A DNA stretch of 64,000 nucleotides, taken from a bacterium (GTDB taxonomy: Bacteria; Armatimonadota; JACIXR01). The stretch lies in NCBI GenBank assembly GCA_014360495.1, contig JACIXR010000004.1:67983-131982 (forward strand). The letters run 5' to 3'. This document shows, in pieces, positions 39,157 to 48,295 of this stretch. The position numbers and the translations under genes are program-made. The notes below the pieces were generated by a model, which was not told the DNA's origin, ran no database searches, and worked only from the letters and a program-made list of their open reading frames with translations. Each line of letters opens with the position of its first letter. Positions within the stretch are counted from its first letter, which is position 1.

Positions 39157-40774
39157 AGCGGAAGTTGAGGGACCTTATTATCTCCTTAACTATTGGCACG
39201 AAGCGGGGGGAAACGCTTAAATGTTCAACGCCAATTCTTATCAGCCTCGGTATAAACGTTCGTTCACCGGCGATTTCACCGCAAACCCCTATCTCCTTTC
39301 CATATCTCTTAGCTTCCTTTACAGCGATTTTGATTAACCGCCAAAGGGAAGGGTGAGCGGGATTGTAGAGTTCGCTCACATCTTTTCCCGCTCTGTCAAC
39401 CGCGAGAGTATATTGGAGGAGGTCATTTGTTCCGATGCTGAAGAAATCGCAGAATTTAGCCATCTTGGAAAGGCAAAGGGCACAAGCTGGCGTTTCAACC
39501 ATTATACCCACCGGGATTTCTCCCACTAACTCTTTTATCTCTTTTACTTCCTCAGGGAAGGAAACCATAGGCAAAATAATGGAAATATTTGGGTACTCTT
39601 CGTGAGCTTCTATTATCGCCTCCAATTGTGGGTAGAGAAGTTCCTTTCTCTTGAGGAGCAACCTTATTCCTCGGAGTCCAAGCGCGGGATTGGGCTCATT
39701 GGGAAGATTTAGGAACTGGAATGGCTTATCAGCTCCGATATCAAAGAGCCTTATATGCACTGGTTTGGGATGGAAAACCTTCCCCGCCATCCTATAAACC
39801 CTCAAATGGGTTTCTTTTCTAAGGGCATCCTCGCCCTGGAAAAGAAGGAATTCCGTGCGGAAAATCCCTATCCCATCCGCTCCCATCTTCTTTGCTTCCT
39901 CAATTTCCTCGGGATTTCCCACATTGGCATAAACGACGATTCTTTTCCCTTCCTTCGTTATCGCTGGCAAATGCCTCTTGGCAATTGCTTCTCTCTCTTC
40001 TTTTTGTCGCAGTGCTTCCTTTTCCATATAGATTTTTTGAAGCCTATCGGATGGTTCGATTATGACTTCCCCTTTCTCTCCATCCAAAATCAACATTTCT
40101 CCATTGCGGACTATTTCCGTAATCCGTTGGCAAGATGTTAACATTGGAATTCCTTTCGCTCTTGCTAGGATGGCGCTGTGTGAAAAAGGACTCCCCGCTG
40201 AACTTATGAATCCCTTTGGCTTCCATCTTTCAAATTCCACTATATGGGATGGCAGTATTTCCTCGCTTACTATTATTGAGTCCTCAGGAATTAATAACTC
40301 GTTCCCAATTATAACTTCCTTTATCCTTCGCATTACATCCTTTATATCATCCGCTCGGCTTCTGAATCTCTCGTCGTGAAGGGATTCAAATAAAGAGACA
40401 ACTTCGTCCTCTACTTCGTTTAAAGCTTCGCCAAGGCTTTTCCCATCCTCTATCTTTTCGTTTACCTTACCCCATATCTCAGGGTCCTCAAGGAGAAGCA
40501 TATGGGAAAAGAATATATCGCCTTCCTCCTCTCCCACTTTTTCGCTATCCAATTGCAGATTCTCCCTCAATTTGCTCTTGGCTTTTTCAAGAAGGAGCAA
40601 GGCTTCCTCGCCCTTCACCTTAAGGGAGAAGGAATCCTTTTGCGATAGTAGGTATGCTTTACCTATCGCAAATCCCGGCGACGCAGGGAGGCATTTAATC
40701 CTTTTCAATCTCCAATATCTCCCCTTGTATCGTTTGTTTGAGATTTTCCCAAAATTCTTCCTCACCTTCACCAC
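39143..40774 (-). CDS. ptsI: Phosphoenolpyruvate-protein phosphotransferase (PTS Enzyme I)
   Basis: It has ASPGFAIGKAYLL, the phosphohistidine domain SPFSHSAILARAKGIPMLT and the PEP-utilising TIM barrel GIFRTEFLLF / NDLLQYTLAVDRA. The true start is probably a TTG near 40711, giving a small overlap with ptsH. Confidence 0.8.
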   Translation of the reverse strand: MVKVRKNFGKISNKRYKGRYWRLKRIKCLPASPGFAIGKAYLLSQKDSFSLKVKGEEALLLLEKAKSKLRENLQLDSEKVGEEEGDIFFSHMLLLEDPEIWGKVNEKIEDGKSLGEALNEVEDEVVSLFESLHDERFRSRADDIKDVMRRIKEVIIGNELLIPEDSIIVSEEILPSHIVEFERWKPKGFISSAGSPFSHSAILARAKGIPMLTSCQRITEIVRNGEMLILDGEKGEVIIEPSDRLQKIYMEKEALRQKEEREAIAKRHLPAITKEGKRIVVYANVGNPEEIEEAKKMGADGIGIFRTEFLLFQGEDALRKETHLRVYRMAGKVFHPKPVHIRLFDIGADKPFQFLNLPNEPNPALGLRGIRLLLKRKELLYPQLEAIIEAHEEYPNISIILPMVSFPEEVKEIKELVGEIPVGIMVETPACALCLSKMAKFCDFFSIGTNDLLQYTLAVDRAGKDVSELYNPAHPSLWRLIKIAVKEAKRYGKEIGVCGEIAGERTFIPRLIRIGVEHLSVSPRFVPIVKEIIRSLNFRYAED

Positions 40775-40973
40775 TTATCCGAAAGCTTATGACATCACCC
40801 ATCTCGCCTTGAAGGGTTAAAATGGCGCTCAAGCTCTTACCGTTCACTTCTCTGCCGTCCTTCTCCAGAATTATCTCCAGCTTGGGGTATTTTAGGGCTA
40901 AAGCCACGAGCTGAGCGGCGGGTCTTGCATGGAGTCCATCTTCTCTAGTCAATCTCAATTTAGCCTTCAACAT
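40695..40973 (-). CDS. ptsH: Phosphocarrier protein HPr
   Basis: It has the GLHARPAA motif (active-site His15) and the VNGKSLSAI region (Ser46 conserved). Confidence 0.8.
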   Translation of the reverse strand: MLKAKLRLTREDGLHARPAAQLVALALKYPKLEIILEKDGREVNGKSLSAILTLQGEMGDVISFRISGEGEEEFWENLKQTIQGEILEIEKD

Positions 40974-40988
40974 TTTAAATTTATTTTA

Positions 40989-42470
40989 TCATTTTCCCTC
41001 AAGCTTTTTCAAGTTCACCCCAGGAAAATAAAAATAAATGATTTGAGAGTAATTGTAGCCCTTCCTTGCCAAACCTCCACCTCCCCATTGGCAGAAACCT
41101 ATCCCATGTCCGGAGCCACCACCTATAATCTTAAATAAATTCTTTCCCCCTATGCTTTGTTTCTCAATGTAAAACAGGAGGCTTGGCAAACTTCCCTCAG
41201 AGGCAATTTGACCATTGCCAAATGCCCAGCGAATGGATTCCCCTTCCAATCTTATTTCGTTATCTTCGGTTTCTATAATTAGCGAATTCACCCTTCCAGA
41301 AGCCGTCCTTTTCTTAACTCTTATATCTTTTATTTTCCCCAACTTGAAATCGGGATTATTAAGAAGAATTGGAAGGGAGCGAGAGAAAATCTTCTGCAAT
41401 TCATCTTCCCCGTACTCGCGAACCCAACGAAAATTGGTAGCCGATTGGCAATTGAAATCCTTTGCTTTTAAAAACTTTTTAAGATTTTCCTCGTTGGAGA
41501 GGTCATAGGAGCTTGAACCATCAATCCTTGATTTTAGATAGGGAAGGGCTATTCCCCATACGCTTCCATCTTCCGTTATCCCTCCGCATGAGGAATGGAA
41601 AGGGGTTAAAGCAGGTTTCCCGTTATAGGTTATAATTATTCCTTTCGTATCCTCAATAGCTTTATTTAATTTTTCCTTTTCGTATTCGTAGCAGAGATAA
41701 ACCTGGCAATGACGGGAGCTGCAGAGGTCAAATCCTTCCGCCTTATGGCGACCCAATGAGTAAATGGCATAGGTGCGGGCGATTATGGCTTGTGCCTTCA
41801 AGCATTCTGCAGGAAAATCTTGTGGTATCTCAGCGGGCAAGACACCTTTGAGATAATCCTCCAAATCCAATTCATTTATCAAAATTGGAAGGAAATCCTT
41901 GTTTGTGCGGATTTCCAACACCCCTCTATATCTTTTTGCTTTCCCTCCTTTGCCCAAAGAGATTTTCAGCAGGGAATTCTCCGATTCGCTATTTGGGACT
42001 ATTCGGAGACAAGAAGTGGCTGGCAAGACCATTTTCCCTTCTCCTGAATCCACTTCAATCCGTGCTTCCAATTTATCCTCCTCAAAAGTGAGGATGTCTA
42101 ACCGATAATTTTTAACCCTCTCAAGAAATCCCTTTCTTGCGGAATCCGTTGCAAATCTAATGAAAGCTTCCCTTCCGTTTCTTTTCACCTCGTAGCCCAA
42201 TCTTTGCGCTTCCTTAGTCAAGTAGGATGCTTCTATTTCGTTAGGGCAGACGATTTTGAGGCAATAATTCCTAACGGACCTCCGAAGGAAGGCAATGGAT
42301 AGATTAGTAAGGGATGAGTTTATTATCTCCCCAGTAGAGGCATTAATGAAGGAGAAGGGGGTATCAGAAGAGATGGACAAATTGCTCCATCCCTTGGCTA
42401 TCTCAACTCTAACGGTTAAAGGTAGGCAAAAGCTGGCAAAAAAGAGTAAAAGTGGGAAAATCTTCCTCAA
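40989..42470 (-). CDS. SpoIID/LytB-domain protein (peptidoglycan lytic transglycosylase / amidase-activator family), secreted
   Basis: It has a signal peptide and the SpoIID domain: LKAQAIIARTYA, FDLCSSRHCQVY, TPFHSSCGG and GHGIGFCQWGGGGLARKG. Confidence 0.75.
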   Translation of the reverse strand: MRKIFPLLLFFASFCLPLTVRVEIAKGWSNLSISSDTPFSFINASTGEIINSSLTNLSIAFLRRSVRNYCLKIVCPNEIEASYLTKEAQRLGYEVKRNGREAFIRFATDSARKGFLERVKNYRLDILTFEEDKLEARIEVDSGEGKMVLPATSCLRIVPNSESENSLLKISLGKGGKAKRYRGVLEIRTNKDFLPILINELDLEDYLKGVLPAEIPQDFPAECLKAQAIIARTYAIYSLGRHKAEGFDLCSSRHCQVYLCYEYEKEKLNKAIEDTKGIIITYNGKPALTPFHSSCGGITEDGSVWGIALPYLKSRIDGSSSYDLSNEENLKKFLKAKDFNCQSATNFRWVREYGEDELQKIFSRSLPILLNNPDFKLGKIKDIRVKKRTASGRVNSLIIETEDNEIRLEGESIRWAFGNGQIASEGSLPSLLFYIEKQSIGGKNLFKIIGGGSGHGIGFCQWGGGGLARKGYNYSQIIYFYFPGVNLKKLEGK

Positions 42471-42471
42471 A

Positions 42472-43425
42472 TTATAGCCTGATCACCGTCCCTCTCTTGG
42501 AGGAATTCTGCACAGCGAGGCAGACCTGAAGGGCGTTTTTGCCTACCTCGGCATCTATCTCCACTGGTTTTCCCTCCCTTATGCAATTGACGAAATAAAG
42601 AAGCTCTTCATAATAGGGGTCAACATCTTGTGGTAAAGGATATTCCTCTGGGTCCTTGTCGCCTTCTTTAAGGATAACTTTTCCGTAATCCTTCATAATT
42701 ACGACGCCCCTTGTCCCGATTATTCCCACTGCTGAAAAACCGAGCGGGTTTGACCAGGAGGAACCGAGAACGCCTATCCCCTTTGGAAAATCAATTATTG
42801 CCCATACATTATCCTCAATCGTCAAATCGGGGGTCGATTTGAGGGTTTTTCCATAAACCTTTGAGGGTTTCCCTCCCAGCCAAAGAAGGAAATCTATATC
42901 GTGGGTATTGAACTCAACCGTCATTCCGCCACTCTTCTTGGGGTCAAATAGCCAAGATGTTCTGGGAAGACCGCCCATCCTGTTTATCCAAGCCACAACA
43001 AGCTCTCCTATCCTTCCGCTAGCTAAAATCTCCTTTAAGGCTTTGAAGGATGGGAAGAAGCGCAGGACATAGCCGACCATCAATTGCACGTTGTTTTCTT
43101 GAACGGCTTTAACGATTCTATCCGCCTGGCGCATCGTGAGGGCGAGCGGCTTCTCAACAAATATGTGCTTTCCCTCCGAGGCAGAGCGAACTATCTCTCT
43201 GCAATGGACAAATGGAGGAGTGCAGATAATCACCGCATCTACCTTATCAAGATGCTTTTCCCAACCTTTGACGAATTCAGAGCCCACCTCCTGTGCTAAC
43301 CGTTTCCCTGCTTCTGGATTGACATCCGCTACCCAGGCTATCTCCGTATCCTCTATTCTGAGCAGATTCTTGGAATGGAGCCTGCCCATTCCTCCCGCTC
43401 CTATAATTCCAAATCGCAGTTTCAT
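42472..43425 (-). CDS. Gfo/Idh/MocA-family NAD(P)-dependent oxidoreductase
   Basis: It has LRFGIIGAGGMGRLH and EKPLALT. Confidence 0.8.
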   Translation of the reverse strand: MKLRFGIIGAGGMGRLHSKNLLRIEDTEIAWVADVNPEAGKRLAQEVGSEFVKGWEKHLDKVDAVIICTPPFVHCREIVRSASEGKHIFVEKPLALTMRQADRIVKAVQENNVQLMVGYVLRFFPSFKALKEILASGRIGELVVAWINRMGGLPRTSWLFDPKKSGGMTVEFNTHDIDFLLWLGGKPSKVYGKTLKSTPDLTIEDNVWAIIDFPKGIGVLGSSWSNPLGFSAVGIIGTRGVVIMKDYGKVILKEGDKDPEEYPLPQDVDPYYEELLYFVNCIREGKPVEIDAEVGKNALQVCLAVQNSSKRGTVIRL

Positions 43426-43481
43426 AAATTAATCGCCTCCTATCTGAAATTTTGCTTACTCTATTTTAATTCATTGTTATA

Positions 43482-44648
43482 ATGAAAACAAACCAAATTT
43501 ATTCAAACGATGAGACTATGTCCAATTTGAATGATTTTGAGAAAGTGGTTGATATAATCCTCAATATAGCGGATTTCAATGCCATTGAGCAGGGAAAAGA
43601 GAGGCAATCCGCTATTTGGGAGAATAGAGAGCCTGACTATCTTCCGATAATTTTGAGCGATTGGAATACCCCAGAGCTGAAGGGATTTAAACACTGGACC
43701 CTTAAGGAGCAGTTTTACGATAAGGAAAAGATGTTGCTTGAGCAGTTGAAAGGCTTGGTTGGGATAGCTAAAACTCACAGCGATGCCCAATTGTGCATAA
43801 GGGTTAATATGGGGGTGGGAATCCTTCCCAGCGTTTTCGGTCTGCGTGCTGTGTTCCCGCAAGACGACCAGATGCCCTGGTTTATTGGCAATCTCTCAAA
43901 GGAAGAGATATTAAGGTTAGAAATGCCATCCGATATCAGGCAGAGAGGGCTTATGCCATTTATTATTGAATATCTCCAATACTTCAAAAGCGTTCTTCCC
44001 GAGGGAATCCATATATATTGCTTTGACACTCAGGGGCCATTTGATATCGCCCATTTAATAAGAGGGCATCAAATCTACTTTGACTTATACGATGACCCCG
44101 AAGCCGCACATCATCTTTTAGATATATCAACGCAACTCTATATTGAAGCAACGAAGATATTCAAGGAAATAGTTGGCGAGCCCTTTTGCTCTGGCTATCA
44201 TGGAACGCTTTATATGAGCGGAGGAGGAGTGCGTCTTTGCGACGATTCCTCCGTCAATCTCTCTCCCTCTCTCTTCAAGGAGTTTTCTCTCCCATACATA
44301 AAGAGGGCGCTTGCTCCCTTTGGTGGAGGGTGGGTACATTTTTGTGGAGATGGTAATCATCTTTTGGATATGTATTTGGAGTTGGAAGAGGTGAAGGGAT
44401 TGAATTTCGGAAATCCAGAGAAATACGATTACGAGAAGACGATGGAGAAGATAACCTCAAAGGGAAAGTTTTATGTCGGTTATATTCCGAGAAGGGAAAA
44501 GGAGAGTTTGGAGGATTATTTTAAGAGAATCCTGTCGCCCCTGAAGAGCAAGAGGGGGTTAATTCTGCAGATGAATAGAGGAGGGGAAAGCGCCTCAGAA
44601 ACGCTTGACTTATGGCGTTCCTTACAGGATAAACTCTTTAGTTATTAG
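43482..44648 (+). CDS. Uroporphyrinogen-decarboxylase-like (URO-D superfamily) protein of unknown function
   Basis: It is 388 aa. [16 protein letters not shown] resembles the URO-D/MtaA HxCG region. It is the second such paralog in the window. Confidence 0.45.
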   Translation: MKTNQIYSNDETMSNLNDFEKVVDIILNIADFNAIEQGKERQSAIWENREPDYLPIILSDWNTPELKGFKHWTLKEQFYDKEKMLLEQLKGLVGIAKTHSDAQLCIRVNMGVGILPSVFGLRAVFPQDDQMPWFIGNLSKEEILRLEMPSDIRQRGLMPFIIEYLQYFKSVLPEGIHIYCFDTQGPFDIAHLIRGHQIYFDLYDDPEAAHHLLDISTQLYIEATKIFKEIVGEPFCSGYHGTLYMSGGGVRLCDDSSVNLSPSLFKEFSLPYIKRALAPFGGGWVHFCGDGNHLLDMYLELEEVKGLNFGNPEKYDYEKTMEKITSKGKFYVGYIPRREKESLEDYFKRILSPLKSKRGLILQMNRGGESASETLDLWRSLQDKLFSY

Positions 44649-46086
44649 AGGCGGATTTCACTTTCTCCAATTCGTCTTTGAGTATTTTGGAGGCAAGGGA
44701 TGGATTGGCTTTCCCCTTTGTTTTCCTCATTATCTGCCCCATAAGATATCCCATTGCCTTCTCCTTGCCTTTTAGATATTGCTCAACTGCGTCCGTTTCC
44801 TCTTTAATCACTGCCTCCACCACTTTCCTTATCTCCGCTTCATCCGTTATCTGTAATAAGCCCCTCTTTTCTATAATCTCTTTTGGCGGAGTCCCCTTCA
44901 AAACCACTTCCGGGAAGATATCTTTGGCAATTTTTATACTTATTATCCCGTCGTCCATCAGCTTGAGCATCTCCACTAACAATCCAGCTTTGAAAGGCAC
45001 TTCCTCTATGCTCTTCTTCTCAGTATTTAGGATTCCTTGAAAGTCAGATATCAGCCAGTTAGCTATCTTTTTAGGATAGGGATAAAGGGAAACAGCTTCC
45101 TCAAAAATTTTTGACAAAGGGAGAGAAAGGACGAGGATGTGGGCTTCCTCTTTTGATAGACCCATCTCCCGCACGAACCTTTCCTCCTTATTTGCTGGTA
45201 GCTCGGGAATTCTTTTCTTTATTTCCTCCAACCATTCCTCGCTCACGACTATGGGAGGGATATCGGGCTCTGGGAAGTAGCGATAATCGTGAGCTTCCTC
45301 CTTGCCTCGCATTGAGAAGGTCTCCTTCTTCTCCTCATTCCATCCTCTCGTTTCCTGTTCAATCTTTCCTCCTGCTCCCAATATCTTCAATTGGCGATTT
45401 ATCTCGTATTCCAATGCTTCTGCGACCGCTCTTATTGAGCCCAAGTTCTTTATCTCAACCTTCGTTCCCCAAGTATTTGTTTCCAAATCGTAAAGAGATA
45501 TATTCGGCTCGCATCTTAAAGAACCCTCCTCCATCTTTCCATCGCAGACGCCGAGATACTGCAAAAGGAGGCGAAGTCGCTCCATATACTCCTTCGCTTC
45601 CTCAGGGGAGTTGATGTCTGGCTCTGTCACTATCTCCATCAAGGGGACGCCTGAGCGATTGAAATCTATGTAGCTCTTATCGCCTACATGGATTAGCCTA
45701 CCAGTGTCTTCCTCTAAATGCACTCTTCTTATGCGTATGACTTTCTTCCTCCCACCAACCTCTATTTCCAAAGTTCCCTCTTTACCTATGGGGAGTTCGT
45801 ATTGGCTGATTTGGTAGTTCTTTGGTAAATCGGGATAAAAATAATTCTTCCTCGCGAACTTAGCAAGAGGAGCAATTTGGCAGTTTAAGGCTAAAGCAGT
45901 CATAATAGTGAACTCCACAGCTTTCTTATTGGTCACGGGAAGGACCCCGGGAAATCCAAGGCAGATTGGACAGGTCTGGGTATTGGGGGCTTCCCCGAAT
46001 TTAGTCGGGCAGCGGCAAAACATCTTCGTTGTTGTGAGGAGCTCGGCGTGGACCTCCATTCCGATAACGGGAAGATATCTTGGCAT
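44638..46086 (-). CDS. gatB: Asp-tRNA(Asn)/Glu-tRNA(Gln) amidotransferase subunit B
   Basis: It has [37 protein letters not shown] and a C-terminal YqeY-like domain. Confidence 0.9.
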   Translation of the reverse strand: MPRYLPVIGMEVHAELLTTTKMFCRCPTKFGEAPNTQTCPICLGFPGVLPVTNKKAVEFTIMTALALNCQIAPLAKFARKNYFYPDLPKNYQISQYELPIGKEGTLEIEVGGRKKVIRIRRVHLEEDTGRLIHVGDKSYIDFNRSGVPLMEIVTEPDINSPEEAKEYMERLRLLLQYLGVCDGKMEEGSLRCEPNISLYDLETNTWGTKVEIKNLGSIRAVAEALEYEINRQLKILGAGGKIEQETRGWNEEKKETFSMRGKEEAHDYRYFPEPDIPPIVVSEEWLEEIKKRIPELPANKEERFVREMGLSKEEAHILVLSLPLSKIFEEAVSLYPYPKKIANWLISDFQGILNTEKKSIEEVPFKAGLLVEMLKLMDDGIISIKIAKDIFPEVVLKGTPPKEIIEKRGLLQITDEAEIRKVVEAVIKEETDAVEQYLKGKEKAMGYLMGQIMRKTKGKANPSLASKILKDELEKVKSASNN

Positions 46087-46102
46087 ACATCTCCTCCTTT
46101 TT

Positions 46103-47047
46103 TCAGAGACTCTCTATATATTTTAGCAGATTTTGGAAGGATTGAGGAAGAGGGGAATTGAAGGTTAAATGTTCGTTTTTGAAAGGATGGAGGAAGGAAA
46201 GATAATAGGCGAAAAGCGCCTGCCCATTTAATTCCTTGAGAAGATTTCGCATTTCAGGGGAGTAGCTGTGTTTCGGTGCGTAGAGCTGGTCTCCTACTAT
46301 GGGATGTCCTAAAAAGGCGCAATGGACACGCACTTGATGTGTTCTACCAGTATACAAAATAGCTTCCAATAAAGAGAATCCCTTATAATTCTTTATTCTC
46401 CTCAGCATAGTCTTTGCCTCTTTGCCTCTTTTGTGGACTATCACTTTATCGCTATGGGGAACTCTCATAAGCGGCATATCAACTATTTTTTCCTCATAAG
46501 GGAATTCCTTGTGAACAAGGGCGATGTAGCGTCTATCAATCTGCTTCTCTCTTATCATTTTAGCGAGCTTGAGGTGAGCGGGGTCGGTCTTGGCTACTAT
46601 CAAGAGCCCGCCAGTATCTCTATCCAAGCGGTGGACGATACCGGGACGCAGGGGAGAGCCAATTGAGGAAAGGTTGAAGCGGGAAAGAAGAGCATTAACG
46701 AGGGTTCCGCTCCTTTTATTACCCACTGGATGGGTAAGCATTCCGAAAGGTTTCTCCACAACCGCTAAAAATTCGTCTTCGTACAGAATATTTATGTCTA
46801 TCTTCTCCGGTTTTATCTCAAGGGGAGGAGGTGGGGGAATTATCACTTCTATTTCCTCGCCTCCTTTAAGCTTATAAGAGGGCTTGACATTTCTTCCATC
46901 AACGAAAACATTTCCTTGTTTAATCAATTGCTCTATTCGACTGCGAGATAGGCGGGGGTAGAGGCATTCGCTCAAATACACGTCTAACCTCTTCCCCTTA
47001 TCTTTTCCGATAACCTTTATGTTTTCTCCCTTTTCAATCTCAGCCAA
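46103..47047 (-). CDS. rluD: 23S rRNA pseudouridine synthase, RluA/RluD family
   Basis: It has an S4 domain (RLDVYLSE...[18 protein letters not shown]) and the catalytic [15 protein letters not shown] motif. Confidence 0.8.
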   Translation of the reverse strand: MAEIEKGENIKVIGKDKGKRLDVYLSECLYPRLSRSRIEQLIKQGNVFVDGRNVKPSYKLKGGEEIEVIIPPPPPLEIKPEKIDINILYEDEFLAVVEKPFGMLTHPVGNKRSGTLVNALLSRFNLSSIGSPLRPGIVHRLDRDTGGLLIVAKTDPAHLKLAKMIREKQIDRRYIALVHKEFPYEEKIVDMPLMRVPHSDKVIVHKRGKEAKTMLRRIKNYKGFSLLEAILYTGRTHQVRVHCAFLGHPIVGDQLYAPKHSYSPEMRNLLKELNGQALFAYYLSFLHPFKNEHLTFNSPLPQSFQNLLKYIESL

Positions 47048-47766
47048 AGGCAGACACCGATTATGAAAAGGACTAAACTCGCCATCTGACCTTGCGTGAT
47101 TCCATCAAGGAGAATCTCGGCAGTTGCCCCTTTTCTCAGGATTTCCGCGAGGGAACGGTAGAAAGCGTATAGCATCATATAGAGAGCAAAGGTTTGTCCA
47201 GCAGCGCTTTTTCTTTTGTCATACCACAAAAGGAGGAACATGAAGAGGATGTTAGCTGCGAAGGCGTAGAGCTGAACGGGATGACGTGGTTCCGGAGGAA
47301 AGACGGTGGGGAATTTGACTCCGATGGGAAGGCTGGTGGGGACACCGTAGCAACAGCCGTTGAGGAAACAGCCTATACGTCCGAATGCATAGCCGAGAGT
47401 AAGGGAAGGGGTAAGTAGGTCGGCTAATTGCCAAAAGTTTACATTTCTACGCCTGGCGAAGATGATTGCGGTGAGGACACCCGCTCCAAGAGAGCCATAG
47501 AAGGAGAGTCCGCCGTTCCAAATCGCTATTATTTGAATTGGGTTATGGAAGTAAAAACGCAAATTGAGTAGGACATAAACGAATCTTCCACCTATTATCC
47601 CGGCTAAGAGGAGGTAAAGAGCCAAATCCAAGATGGCGGATTTGGAAATTGAGTATTTTTCCGCCCTTTTTATCGCCAACCAATAACCGAGGATAAAGCC
47701 AATCAATAGCATAGTGCCCCAGGAACGCACCGCTAAGGGACCAATTTTAAATATTATCGGATACAT
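47017..47766 (-). CDS. lgt: Prolipoprotein diacylglyceryl transferase
   Basis: It has IGPLAVRSWG, the G...GGRF motif and the signature GCFLNGCCYG. Confidence 0.85.
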   Translation of the reverse strand: MYPIIFKIGPLAVRSWGTMLLIGFILGYWLAIKRAEKYSISKSAILDLALYLLLAGIIGGRFVYVLLNLRFYFHNPIQIIAIWNGGLSFYGSLGAGVLTAIIFARRRNVNFWQLADLLTPSLTLGYAFGRIGCFLNGCCYGVPTSLPIGVKFPTVFPPEPRHPVQLYAFAANILFMFLLLWYDKRKSAAGQTFALYMMLYAFYRSLAEILRKGATAEILLDGITQGQMASLVLFIIGVCLWLRLKREKT

Positions 47767-48295
47767 CTTCCTTTCCTCCCTTTTTCCTCAAAGTGGATAT
47801 AAGTGTGAGTATAACGCCTAATAAGATGCAGATATCCGCGATATTGAAAACTGGCCAAAAGCGGATATGGATGAAGTCGACCACATAACCAAGCCTGATT
47901 CTATCAAGGATATTTCCCAATGCCCCTCCAACGATTAAATAAAGATAAGGTGAATGCTCTCGCCAGAAATAAACAAGCAGAATGACAATAGTTAAGCTGA
48001 GGAGGGAGAGGAAGAGGGAATTGAAAGCGGAGAGCGCTCCGAAAGCAATCCCTTTATTTTCGGTTAGAGTTAGGTAGAGGAAGCGAGGAATTAGGGGAAC
48101 GGAGATGCCGGATGGACAGTTCTTCAAAGCCCAAATCTTGCTAACTTGGTCGATGATAAAGGCTGAGAGGGCAAGGGCAATTTTCAGCAAGGTTTTATCT
48201 TTCTGTCCCGCAAGATGGAGGCACATCTCTCGCATAAATCTGGATACTCCTGGTCCTTTCCCACGCTTTCCTTTATCTGCCAACAGCGAGCGCAT
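47747..48295 (-). CDS. lspA: Lipoprotein signal peptidase II
   Basis: It has FIIDQVSK, NKGIAFG and FNIADICI. The real start is probably an internal Met, which reduces the apparent overlap with ileS. Confidence 0.8.
   Translation of the reverse strand: MRSLLADKGKRGKGPGVSRFMREMCLHLAGQKDKTLLKIALALSAFIIDQVSKIWALKNCPSGISVPLIPRFLYLTLTENKGIAFGALSAFNSLFLSLLSLTIVILLVYFWREHSPYLYLIVGGALGNILDRIRLGYVVDFIHIRFWPVFNIADICILLGVILTLISTLRKKGGKEDVSDNI

Noticed and set aside
48184-48295. A 112-nt overlap between lspA and ileS, as called by the ORF track.
   Set aside because: It is probably an artefact of choosing the longest ORF. An internal start for lspA (MREMCL...) reduces the overlap to a typical short operonic overlap.
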